Shown piece after piece: positions 13,362-25,735 of a stretch of 64,000 nucleotides of DNA. Source of the DNA: Rhizophagus irregularis (Eukaryota); NCBI RefSeq assembly GCF_026210795.1, contig NC_089435.1, forward strand, positions 868,001 to 932,000, written 5' to 3'. The first letter of the stretch is position 1; every line of letters starts with the position of its first letter. The notes under the pieces were generated by a model. It searched no databases. It saw nothing but the letters and a program-made list of their open reading frames with translations, and was not told the origin of the DNA. The position numbers were made by a program, and so were the translations under genes.

Positions 13362-14959
13362 TTATTGATTGTCCTTATCATCTTCGGGTTCTTCAAACTC
13401 TTTAGATTCTTCGAGTTCTTCAGGTTCCTCAGCTTCTTCAAGTTCTTCAAGTTCTTCAGATTCTTCTGGTTCTTCAGGTATAAAGAGACTAATACTTGCA
13501 GAGCCTAATAAAAAAGAAGAAAAAAACACGTTATCATCCATTAGATTCTTGAGTTTGAATAAAACAGACTAAACTATAAAGTTATTTACCTCCAGCAATT
13601 TCAGGTGTGATCTCATGACGTTTGAATTTCCGACTAGTATAAACAGGAGTCTGTGGAGTGATAGTTTGACTATATATAGCGCCGCTATAACTCTTGTCAT
13701 TCTTGTTTTTGGCGTCATCTGCTGCTTCAAATTGCGATGTTTCAGAATGTTCCCTACTACTAGAAGTTGGAAACCAACCAAGCACTAATAACCATTCATA
13801 GATCTTCTCTTTAATCTGACTGGCAGTTGGACGTTGTTTAGGATCATCATCCCAACACTGATTCACTAACGTGCTGAAACATTCTGGGATTTCACTAGCA
13901 GCTGTTTCTGGAATGATGGGACGCACACCATTATGAATATCCACGACAAGTGAAGTATCATGAGAACGATCAGCGAAAGGTCGACTACCACATGAAATTT
14001 CCCATAGAATCATGGCGAAACTGTATATGTCCGAAGCTTGGGTGTATGATTGACCTCGTAAAATTTCAGGCGCCATGTATGGTAAAGTACCTTGAATCTC
14101 ACCCGACGCGATATTTGGAGTATATAAACCAAGATCATTTATACGAGCATTTACAAAGACGTTTTTGACTTTGAGAATGTTGCCAGTGTGTAAATTGCGA
14201 TGAGTTATACCAGAATCATGAATGATTTCAAGGCCAGAAATTACATCTCTTATAAGTTCTAATTTGCGACGCCAGTAAAGCTTGAACTTGTTGGCTGCCA
14301 AAAATTGGCGGAGATCACCCGGGTCGGCATATTCCATTATAATTGAATAATCACTTGTAGCTGTTTCTTGTGAAATTCCATAGTAGGTTATATGATATTG
14401 ACTTGCACATTTGAAATATTCGTCAAGCTTTAAAATTGAAATATGTAATTTTTGTAATTAATTCATTTTCGGTTTGGTTCAAGTATAAATTGAAATAAAA
14501 AAATATTCTTACCCCGGCAACATAATCATCAAGTTTGCTCTGGGAATCTTTTAAAGTTTTGATAGCTACTCTTGTCTCACCAGTTCTTATCCAACGTTTT
14601 TCGTCATGACTCCATCTTACGTATTTTCCATCTAACCAAGTGGCTGTAGAAGTTGTTCCACCACCACCTTTTGTCAAATAAGTAACATCCTTCAAACGGT
14701 CAAAAGGTATCCATTGAAGAAAGGAAATATTATCATCTTCAGAATATCTGATATACTTAACGAGGTTGTCAAGTGTTTCATTCCCACTAGAAAAATCTTT
14801 TTGAGTTTTTTCATAATGATGCTCAAAGCATGACTTGCAAAATTTTTCGTTTAAACATTTATAACAAGTGTCACATTCATGGGGTGAAACCTTTATTCTC
14901 TTAGTTGTAGGTTCTTCACCCGAAAGTTTATGTTTGGAAGCAGAAGTAGTAGGTTCCAT
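13362..14959 (-). CDS. TKL pseudokinase, paralogue of the 6847-9741 kinase, with an (xEE)n acidic tail (~475 aa)
   Basis: Exons 14959-14513, 14427-13590 and 13504-13362 (1428 nt). Shares KLYWRRKL and WLLVLGWFPT with the neighbour; catalytic loop is HRNLHTGN. Confidence 0.85.
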
Positions 14960-17169
14960 GGTATAAAATTTGAGAATTGGGTAACTGAAAAAATTATGAT
15001 TTTATAATTTTGAAAATTTGGTTGAACAAATAGCTTTTTTTATAGGAATTGGAAGTATCGGAAATAACGGAAATAACGTACCGTAATTTTAATAAATTCG
15101 GAGATTTTGAAAGTGACCTAAATGAATATGTTAAACGAAACATGGAAGTTTTCAATGAAGCGTAGTTTTTTTTGGAAATATTTAAAAGAAAAAAAAAATT
15201 TTTTTTTCACTCTGTTTAAATTACCTTAATTAGACTTGAAGGAAATAAAAAAAGAAAAAGAAGAGAAAAAAGGAAAAAATGAGAAAGAAACCGTATATAT
15301 TCAAAAATTGCATGTTTATATGCTTCATTTTCCAGTGCATGAATTGAAACGTAACACGATGATCCAATGAAACCAATGAATTTAAGAAATTGATGTTCAA
15401 AATAACGACCTTATTTGGCTACTAGAGGGATTTTCCAATCAAAAGTGGAATATTTTCTTTTCCGGAATTTAGTTCCTTAATGATTTATACGCATGCAGTT
15501 TATTCTTGCATTATAACAAATTTGGTTTAATTGAAATAAAATAATGAAATAAATGATTGTTTCGCAATAATTAGTAAGGAAATAAATCAATGAAGTAAGA
15601 ATCGCTCAGATAAATGGCGCATAAAAATTAAAGAATCGTCTAAAAAGAAATATGAAAATAGAAGGCTCGCCTTAAAAAGAAAAAATAAAGATCGTCTGAA
15701 AAGAAAGAAAAGCTCTTGAGATGTTCTCAACAAAAATTAGCCGTCAAATTATCCGACCGAAAATTATATTTTATCATCATATTATAACAAAATATAATTA
15801 ATTACTTGGATATCTTTAGTTGAAAATATTTTTATTGATTATCTGATTATCTCTGTTATATCTGATTATCTCGTTATGAAGAACGCGTAAAACCGCGTAT
15901 AAATTATTACGCGAAAACAATTATTTATATATTTGGATAGATTGATCAATTGATCAGTAAGTACTGTAATGAGTCATTGATGTATTTTTTGTATATACTC
16001 ACTTTTACATGTCATGACTAATTTATGGAAAAGTTTGTATAACCGAAAAATATATAAAAATCCCTTATTTTTTTTTTGAAATTTCTTACTCTCTCTCTTT
16101 ATTAAAACCGAACTTTTTTTTTATAAACATATTTCAAAACAGGAGAAAGTAATACAAAAGGAGATGAAAATAGAATGGTTATCTTATTTTTTCGTCTTCT
16201 TTTTTAAATCTATCTTCTCTCTGTCTAGTTCTTCTCTTTATTAGGTCTTCTTTTAAGCTCTTTTTCCTTACATCTTCTTTTAGGTATGTAGGTTGGGAGT
16301 GTGGTTGGAAGTGCGGGTTTGTGTGTGAGTTGGGAGTGTGAAAGTGGGGTTTGTATGTGGGTTTGGGTGAGCGATGTTTTATCTTATTTTTTGTCTTCTT
16401 TTTTTAGGTCTATCTTCTCTGGTCAAGCCACAGGACATTAGATTGCGAAAAAAAGAAGCAATGAAATTTCATTAGATCTTACAGACAGACAAAAGCTCTT
16501 TACCAGTTTTCTAGATGTGTGTAAAATGGCTTAGGAGACTTTAAAAGAGGTGTGTATTTTTTTATTTGCAAAGTGAGTAACTTCCTAAGCTAAAATTAGA
16601 ACGGATAACTCATTGAGTCGGGGAGTTCACAAATTTTACTTAGGAGGGTACTGGATTTGTTTGTTTGGTTGGGTAAGGGTGAGCAAAGTGGGTAATTCCT
16701 ATGAAATTACCTGCTTTTTCTTTTTTATTTTATTTTTATTTTTATTTTTTTATTCCCTTTTTTTCTTCTTTTTTTATTTTTTTTATTTCTCTTGTTCACC
16801 TGATAATCAACTCAAGCAGACAACATCCTACTTTGTTATTGGTAAAGTCAGCTAATTCTAAAGGAGGAATTGGCTATGTCTTCTTTACCATTAAATAAAA
16901 ATTTAGCACATTATTAATAATTTCTTTTTTCTAATAACAGATAATAGGCAATGCAGAGATTTACAATCACTGGAGTGCAGTTTATTATATATTATAAATT
17001 GGATAACCAACTCTAACTGTAACTTTTCTACTACGAAATAAATAGAGGATAATGAAAAAAGTGCAGCATAACATTAACGATCACGTGAATATATATTTGT
17101 AGTTCAGGCCGGGAATTACAGGTTCGGCCTGAATTACCGCAACGCATTAAAATCATCATCTGCGTTAAA

Positions 17170-17632
17170 TTAACAGTATGAGGAAATTGATGCTGTTCTT
17201 GCTATATGTTTTTGATTTTGTTTATTTTTTTCCATTTATATAAAAAGTAACTTCCGAATGATAGTAATAATGCCAAATGAAGATCCGGTTATAAAAATGG
17301 GGATGATGAATCCATAATATTATTAGGAATTGAAGGATCAAATATTCTTGTCCATATGTATTCATATAACCATATATTTTCCAATTACGTGTGCTTTATG
17401 AAAAATTCTGGATTTTGGGATTTTTCCAAAAATAATTGGAATAGACCATTCTCCTTTCCCTCCAAAAATTATTACTTTTTTACCATCTAATCCTATTAAA
17501 ATAATAAAAACGATTAAAAACTGAAAATCCAAAAAAAAATTATTTATTTGTTTTTATTTACAGTAATACATGTACATACCGAGTACAACAGATAAATCAT
17601 ATCTTTTCGAAGGTATTGAACCTGAAGTCTTC
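17170..17632 (-). pseudogene. Fragment of a Kelch-repeat (galactose-oxidase-like) membrane protein gene
   Basis: KTSGSIPSKRYDLSVVL|GLDGKKVIIFGG, WSIPIIFGKIPKSRIFHKAHVIGKYMVI, EYIWTRIFDPS and FGSYFLYKWKKNKQ, with deletions and stops. Confidence 0.65.
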
Positions 17633-17724
17633 TTTAGTTAAATTATTAGTTGTTATAATTATTTATAGTAACAATAATGATATAATGATACTAATGATAA
17701 TGATAATACATTTTGACTTACTTT

Positions 17725-18205
17725 TATTCGGGTAGCTTCCGATCTTTGGAAAAAGTGGAACCAAGATTCGTAAGTAAGTACGAATCTTGGTTTTATTTTT
17801 TTTTATTTTTTTTTAAAAAAATACTATGAACGGTTACTAATAACCGTTCTTTTCTTTTTTATAGGTTCGGGTGGACTTCCGACGAATGGAGGAACTAAGA
17901 TTCGTAAGTACGAGTACGAATCTTGGTTTATTTTATTATTATTATTTTATTATTATGAACGGTTACTAACCGTTCTTTTCTTTTCTTTTTTATAGGTTTG
18001 GTGTCTCGGGTGGGCTTCCGAAGAACAGAAGTTTCGTAAGTAGAATCTTAGCTTGGTTTTTTTTTTTTTGCTTTTTTTTAATATTATGGAACGGTTACTA
18101 ACCGTTCTTTTCTTTTTTTATAGTTTCGGTGGGTTTCCAAAAGATCAAGATTCGTTAGCGTCGCCTCCAAAAAATGGTAGCCGGATCTAATTTGCCGGGT
18201 TACAC
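17725..18205 (+). repeat. Degenerate tandem repeat (cttccga..ccaagattcgtaagt / gaacggttactaaccgttc), probably a TE end
   Basis: About 4 imperfect units, each with short hairpins (AAGATTCG..CGAATCTT; GAACGGT..ACCGTTC). Confidence 0.55.
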
Positions 18206-19028
18206 GTGATTTCGGTTCATACCATTGTAAAAATAAAATAAAATAAAATATTATACACATCTCAATTGACAGAGTTTTATTAAAACACAACATACATATT
18301 TTATTTAAACATGTTTCTGAAAATTTAATACTATAATAAGAATACAAGGTATTGGGAATAGTAATCTTTCCAAATTTTTGGCCTAGTTCTACGATTTTCA
18401 AGTGCTATAATATCAATTATTCATTTTTTTTCCAATGAGTTAAGATTAGAACGAACATTTTTTAAATCATAAATGCCGTTTTGGCTTGTTACGAGATTCT
18501 TCTAATAACTCTTAATTAATATTTACATCAATAAAAAATTTAAAAATTAAATTTTTTATATCGTAATATTCGTGTATATCTTTTTTAGTATTTCCTGCAA
18601 GTAGTCTTTATATTATTTCAGTATTATTTCGGCAACGTAAACACTTTTTAAAGCAACACCTTTTATATTCAGAAACATTTAAAACATGACACCCTTTACA
18701 GACTTTTGTTTTGTTAACTTGACATAATCAAATAATAAACAGTTCATTAAAATGAAGAGAAAAAAAAACCTGATTCAAAATTGATCAAACGAAAAAGTTA
18801 TGCCACGTATCGACGATACGTCAAAGCGACGCTAGCCGTGATCAGAAGTAATGTGATCTAAAAAGTATTTACTTATAAATTAATGAAACAATTATATGAA
18901 AATAAGAGATCAAAAAAAAGATATATATTCAACTGAAATTAGGATGTATGAAGAATAAGTTTTTTATAATTGATAATTTTGAGATGAAAATAATTTACTT
19001 AAAAAACTACGTTTTTGATTATTAAAGT

Positions 19029-19262
19029 AGGACCCAGAAATATATATAAAAGGGTCAGGTTTGAGTTTGCGTATTTTGAACTAAAAAAATAATGAAAATC
19101 TTTCCTTTTTTAGATAATTTTTGATAATGCCAGTCAGGATTTTATTTCCTATTATAGTAACTGACTGGCATTATCATAATTCCGGCCCTGAAAAAATGCG
19201 TACAGCTTCATAGTAAAAAATTTTTTTCATCACCTGACCCTATATATATATTTCTGGGTCCT
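19029..19262. mobile_element. MITE, ~234 bp
   Basis: ~30-bp TIR AGGACCCAGAAATATATATA..AGGGTCAGG; flanking direct repeat ATTAAAGT at 19021-19028 and 19263-19270; internal GATAATGCCAGTCAG inverted repeat. Confidence 0.8.
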
Positions 19263-21724
19263 ATTAAAGTCCTCAAAATTGTAAAATACTTTTTATTTAT
19301 ATTTGGAATAACAACTTCAATAACAAATATATGAGATACTTCGTTTTTTTCTATGTTAGGCAATATTTGTTCATCTTTTATAATTTTATCTGAATAGGGT
19401 ACTTCCGAATAGTTGAGAATAAACATCGCGGTTAATCATTACAATTAAGAATCCATCAGAGTTGATCCATCAAAGTTTATCCCGAAAGAAAATAAAGACA
19501 ATGTCCAAGCGTTGAAATATTTGAGAAAAGGTTTGTTTGAGATATGATAAATTCATGCGTCTAATCATTAAATTATTTATTGTTTTAAAAACAATTTCAT
19601 TGTCTAAGTTGAAATTTAAGAATAAAGAATAGTTTGCTGTCTAAATTCAAATCGTTTTGTCTAAAGTATCTTGAATATTATAATCTGCTAATGCATATGC
19701 TCTATTATGTGCAGCAAAAACACTATGTCTTCTTGAATAAAAGTCATAATAAAAATATTATTTTTTATCAATTTTAAATAAGTGGAAAAAAAAATGAATT
19801 CGTTAAATAAATAAATCCTTAAAGAGCGAAGTATGCGTTTAATTGTACGACTTTTTTTTCTAAGTTAGGATAATTTCAATTGTAAAAATAAAATTTTCTG
19901 AGATTTGCTAGTGGTTTAATAATTGAATAAACCGAAAACAATTATTATATTTTAAGGTAAACTTCCCTTTTTTCAAAAAAAAAAAAAATAACAGATAATT
20001 TATCCATGTTGTATATTATTGGTCGCATGAAAAGACAAACTTCAAAATCGATATCATAATAAAGAATATTTTCAAATATTCTTTATGTACCATAACTTCT
20101 TGTAAATTTAGAAGTTTTTAGTATTTTAACTAATTCTCAAATTTGAAAAAAAAAATAACGAATGAAGCTCCGATAATATTTAAATCATACAAAATAAATA
20201 ACTTTGTCTTACGTAAAAATTTTTAATTCTCAGAAAAAAAAAATACTATTAATTAACTAATTTACTATAATAAATAATACTTCAAACTGAACATTAGGCA
20301 AAATAATATAAAAAATATTAAACCTAATTTTTTGTACTCTCTACCATCAGTTCCAATGGTAGGTATTCTAGGTAATATACTTGGTATTTCGATAATTTGT
20401 GGTATTTCAGTTTTTTTTCCACTTAAATCTAATAATTTAATTTAACGCCAATTTCTATTTTATATATGTTTCTTGTGATAAGCTATTTTTTTTTTGTTAT
20501 GATAGCATTTGTTAAAAGATGTTTTGAGTTTGCTTTAGAAGGTGATCCTGGTATCGATGTTATTTGTAATGAAAGTCCTGTAATTATATCAGTCACTAAA
20601 ATCAATAAAATCACAGCACTACATTTAAATAAATGAATTATTCGTTTATTTTTTTTTTTGAAAAAAACTAAAATATTGGATTTGAATAACTTACTTCTTT
20701 TGGGGAAATCCGCAATGTCATTTCTAACGAAGGTTTCTCAAAAGAATATAATTATATTCGGACTTAATCTATAAAATCTCCATTTTTTATTAACCACGAT
20801 TCTCTTCCCAAGACTTGTTGTGGAATTCATGGAACATTTGTAGTGTTTGCAACACGAACCCAACCTCCTGTTATTAAACAATTTAATACGTTGATTCTTT
20901 AAAAATTTATATGATTCCAAATACAGTACAATCTACTACGTAAATTCTTACGTTACGAATATATATATACAGTATATATATACATGTATTAGTATTTGTA
21001 TTAATTCAAAATCAAAATCATCTTAGATTTAAAAATTAAATTATTTACCTCATTGTCATCTAATTCTAATTCTTTATTTATAAACTTCCAACACAATATC
21101 TCTTTCAAATTCATATAATTGTTTTGTCGCTTCATCTCTTAATAAAAATTTTAATTGACTTCTCACTAAAGTTTAAAGCTTGATCCTTTAGGAAAGTCAC
21201 CAGCCTTGAGCCTTCCATTTCATTCCATAGTCTTGAAAAATGATTTGACAATTATATAATAAATCTTTTCAAATGTTAGCTTAATTCTTTCGATGTTAAG
21301 AAAATCAAGTTAGCTTGTTAGTCAATCATCTATGACAGCTTAATACGATCCATTAGGTTACATTTTAAAATCCTATTAACATTATTATTTATAAATTATT
21401 GGTATGCACGACTGCACAAGTTCGTACAAAAATGAAAATATATCTCTCTTTGCATTTATAGGAAAGATAAACGGCGAGAAGAAAAAAGAATAATATATAC
21501 ATATAATGTATAAAAACATACATGAAAAAATGTTTAAAATAAATGTCACCTAACAGTTTTTCAAAACGGAAAAATTTTCTTAATTAATTCATAAGTTTTT
21601 TATTTTTTATTTTTAATTCACAAAATGAACCGAGTTAGAGTACAAATTACCGGACCCTACATACTAGGGCCGAAAGCAATTTACAAAACTGAAAACCAAA
21701 CACGTCTGACCCTTACGGAGACAG

Positions 21725-21902
21725 TATAGGTGTCGTCGAAATTAATTACGGCATATGAAGCTTATACCGTAATACCATTCTACCACAATTATGCCGTAAT
21801 TATTTAATAAATTATTGAATGCCGATCTTGATATTTTAAGGCCAAATTCCCATTTTGCCGTAATGCCGTAATTATATATACGGCATTTCGACGACACCTA
21901 TA
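21725..21902. mobile_element. hAT-like MITE, 178 bp
   Basis: Perfect 18-bp TIR TATAGGTGTCGTCGAAAT; 8-bp TSD GGAGACAG at 21717-21724 and 21903-21910. Confidence 0.88.
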
Positions 21903-23084
21903 GGAGACAGGGTGTTGCCATCTTGATTGGAAAAAAATGTAAATGAACGGGAGTGAGGTGAACTCTCTTCCGGACAAAAAACCAAGGAACAAAACATTAA
22001 ACGAACCGTGAATAAAAAATAAAAAGTCTATACTATAAGATTACAAATAAAAGAAGTATTATAAAATGAGACTTTATTATGAGGTAAAAGAAAAATAGAA
22101 AATTCTCTATGAGTAGTCCAATCTCCTCCATGTAAAATACTACTCTAGATATCCAGCGTATATAGGCAGATTCGTTAATACGGTTTACGCTGTTATTGTA
22201 TCCTAAAACGTTGGATCGTGCGAGGTTGAGTACGATGTGTAATTATATTGTCTTCACGTAACATATCAGAATGTTCTATTTTCCCGAAGCGTTGATGATA
22301 AGTTTTTTTTTTGGGCATAGTAATACCCAGAGTTAATTCCCGTTCTTTAATGGCGTTGGCGTGATCTCGTCAAATATCATTATTGATGTCTTTCATAAGT
22401 GGAGTGATGAATTCTAATAAAGCACTATTAATTCATAAGTTTTCTATGCACAATTTTTTACTCCTATTGGATCATGTGACTTTTTTTGCCGCTCTTACCC
22501 ATTTTTAAATTCTGTTTTCCTACCAAAGAAATATTTTTATGGTACAGACTATTTCTTTGATTATTACTTTATTATTCGTAGACTATTACATGATTTATTA
22601 TTATTATTGTTGTTATTTTTTGTATGACATAAAGTGCATGTGATGAAAAAATTTCAATATTTTATTTCTTTTATTGTTAATCGGACTTTGAACTCAGAAT
22701 CTGGAATCAGTGTGATTAACTAATTTTGGCAAATTCCGACTTTTTATTTCTACTTTTTACTTTGAAATTTTGACTGTATTCCCAAAAAGTATACCCGATT
22801 TTAGACCATTATCTCAATTCCCAACAGATACAATCGTGACTCAACAGAAGATTAGAAAATATACTTCATTCTGCCATCTTTAATTTACATAAACGATCTT
22901 CTAGGGTGATTTATATATGATTTAAGGTTAACTTTATTAAGCTATATATACGCGTCTTAAATCTGATTAAACTTTTATTATGAGGACGCGTTTTGCAAGT
23001 CAGGAGTATGTACTGATCTTACTGATGATTATTATGTTAAATTAAATTAGTCAGGAGTTGCAGACCATCAGTTCTCTTCGCATT

Positions 23085-25735
23085 ATGGACTTTTTTGATG
23101 AAACCGACATCCGCCAATGGACGTGCAACAACGTTATAAAACACTATAAAGAAAAAAATGTCGAATATGATATAACAAATTTTCGATACCATGAATAAAG
23201 ATATTAAACATGTGGTAAGGTCTAATAAAGATCCGTCGCGTAGAGAAAAGGCCCAAAGTATACTCAATAATTGGAAAGTATGTTAATATTGTTTTACTAG
23301 AAATATTGTGGTGAAAAGATATTTAAAGCATGGCCAAGCTGTACACTCTTAATCGATCAGTTATGAACTCTTAGTTCGTGCCTACTTTAACTTCCTTTGG
23401 CAGAAGCCGTGCACTCTTAGTCGATCAGTTATGAACTCTTAGTTCCCTGCCAAGAGCATCAAAGCCTTACACTCTTAGTCGATCGGTTATGAACTCTTAG
23501 TTCGATGCTCTAATGAATACCAATATTGTGCATTTAATTATTAACCTGTTGAACTTTGCTAATTATACTTCTTTTCACTTAGAGTTGGGTTAATGACTTC
23601 AAAAAATTCAATCGGGATAATAAAAAATTGCAAAAACTAATTTCAGAACGTAATAGTATTTTGATGGTAATAATCATTTAAACGTATTTATGTGAGAAAA
23701 TGTACTTAACTATGCGAGAATTAATTGTTTTCTTTCCTTTCTTATTTCATAGGCAGTACAAAAAAATGAAATTATTAAATTTACAGTAGTGAGAGATAAG
23801 GTAGCACGTACAATGCTTACGCGACAATTAGAAAACTTCAAGGATGAGAGGCCAAAAAAGTGCATGGTATTTTAATAACTGAGAAATATCTAGATATTGC
23901 TTCTATATATAATATATCTAACATTATCTTTGTATATAGCATATAGAACAAGATCCAACTATTCAATCTCATCAAACTCCACAACCCATTGAAATCATTG
24001 AGATTTCAAGCGATGATGACAATTCGGATATATATTCTGACTTTGATGACGAAAATAACAATAAGGACGATTTAGAAATTGTGATCGAAGTTGGTCCAGA
24101 TATTGCTCCCACCGAACTAAAGTCAAAGGGAACTATATCGGTATATCCGGCTGAAGATAGGCCAACAGACACTTGGGTGTTGCCCTCTGGAAAGTTTGTG
24201 GCTGATGCGATATGTGGTCCCCCTACCCTTCATAAATCCCAGTAAGTTCTATATCTTTATCTTTTTTTCATTGCTTAACATTCTAACTTATTTTTTATTT
24301 AACTTAGTCCATCTAATATGGGGATTGTACATCTTGGAGCAAAGGTCTAATGACCCGAGTGGATAGATAAGGAAGATTGGGAGTATCTACAAGAAAGTGT
24401 CGAATATCCCAATGATACTCTAAGCCCTGACATAGAAAAACTTTTCAGTGATTTATTAGAAACTGTAATTATTTAAGAAAACTTATTATAATAATGCACT
24501 AGTGTATATTTATTTTATTATTAACTAATTACAGAATTCCCTTGTGGAATATTCGGAATATCTCCACAATATAAGATTTGATACAAAAAATAAACAGATG
24601 GAATTCGCCATAAATATACTCTGGTGGTTGTAAGTATTTTTATATAATGGTACATTTAATGTTGTTAATACCTTAACCATTTGATTTATTTTAATTTTAA
24701 GCACGGACGTAGTGTTTAACCCATGTAGCGCATTCCATTGTCCTTGCGAACAAGAATCAATTTTAGGGTCACTTTTAATACATCCCATTTTGCAATATGT
24801 TTTAAAACATTCACAACAAATATGTATATATACCGTATGTTTCAGATTTCAATATAAAAATATATGTATATCTTTTTTTTTATTTGCTTGTAATAAATAA
24901 TTAAAAGCTTTCTTTTAAATAGAGGCGAATTCTACCTTCAAACAAGCGCAAATCAGCGCTTAATTCAGCGTAAACTTAAGCTGGAAGATGGCAATCCATT
25001 AGGTCTTAAGATTGATAGAGTTTTCCAGTCTGCTGATAACAAGCCATTCGAATTTGGGATGATAGAATTGTCTGGTGGATATAATACTAATGATTTTCCT
25101 CGATATCTAAAAGATCATGTTCGTGGTTGCTGGGGTATGCAAAATAACATTGCAACAAAGCTTGCATTTGGTGATTATAAGAATATGAGGCAGCTTCGTG
25201 CGTGGTTCCTTCATACGCATGGTGGTAAGTGAAGTGTGAAATTTTGAGGTTTAACTTCTAAATAACTATTAAATCAAGTGTCTTTGTTTACTAATAGGAC
25301 AAGACGTTCAAGTTTGGGGAATGGATATACCCGTCAGTTAAGAAAGTTTATTGTATGTTTCTCCTTGGCGCTTTTCGGTTCCCGATCAACTGGGAAGATC
25401 ATCATGAACTTTTGCACGCACTACCAATATTATGGAATTTCGGTGTAAGTTCATGATTTTTTTTGTAAAGTATCTGAAGTATCTCATTTCTGATCTTTTT
25501 TTTTATACAGAAAGGTTTAAATGACACTGTTGATGTACTTGAAAATTTAAAGAAGTCACACAATCGCAATTCAATTATATCTAAAAAATCGGAATTAAAA
25601 ACATATATTTATCATATTAAACAATCTCCAAAAAAACCTACTGGCAAAAAAGCGCATAATATCAATCCAATGAAGCGTGAAGAAATCAAGGATCCACCTT
25701 CACCTTCACCAATGCCAAAAAATGAATCTTTTTAA
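23085..25735 (+). pseudogene. Multi-exon pseudogene of an uncharacterised family; the C-terminal part has a possible PD-(D/E)xK-like signature
   Basis: MDFFDETDIRQWTC..., a frameshift near 23180, TAA-TGA at 24348-24353; KIDRVF..FEFGMIELSGG..YLKDHVRG; canonical introns. Confidence 0.65.
23323..23510 (+). ncRNA. Candidate structured RNA motif, three tandem copies inside intron 1 (23278-23582)
   Basis: A conserved ~42-nt core, AAGCYKTRCACTCTTARTCGATCRGTTATGAACTCTTAGTTC, each copy closed by a different complementary stem. Confidence 0.55.

Noticed and set aside
13326..13572. Ser-rich and Phe-rich plus-strand ORFs
   Set aside because: They are antisense shadows of the (xEE)n terminal exon.
16180..16920. 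Possible non-LTR retroelement 3' remnant
   Set aside because: Only low-complexity GT/T-rich tracts and a short duplication; no ORF or TSD.
18250..21350. Several decayed coding-like fragments
   Set aside because: Too degenerate to assign products or boundaries.
23340..23500. Hammerhead ribozyme on the minus strand (CTGATCGA)
   Set aside because: It does not fit CUGANGA, has no GAAA core, and the motif is changed in copy 3.
23323..23510. CRISPR-like repeat-spacer array
   Set aside because: The locus is a eukaryotic intron with only three units and no cas genes; the apparent spacers are complementary stem arms.
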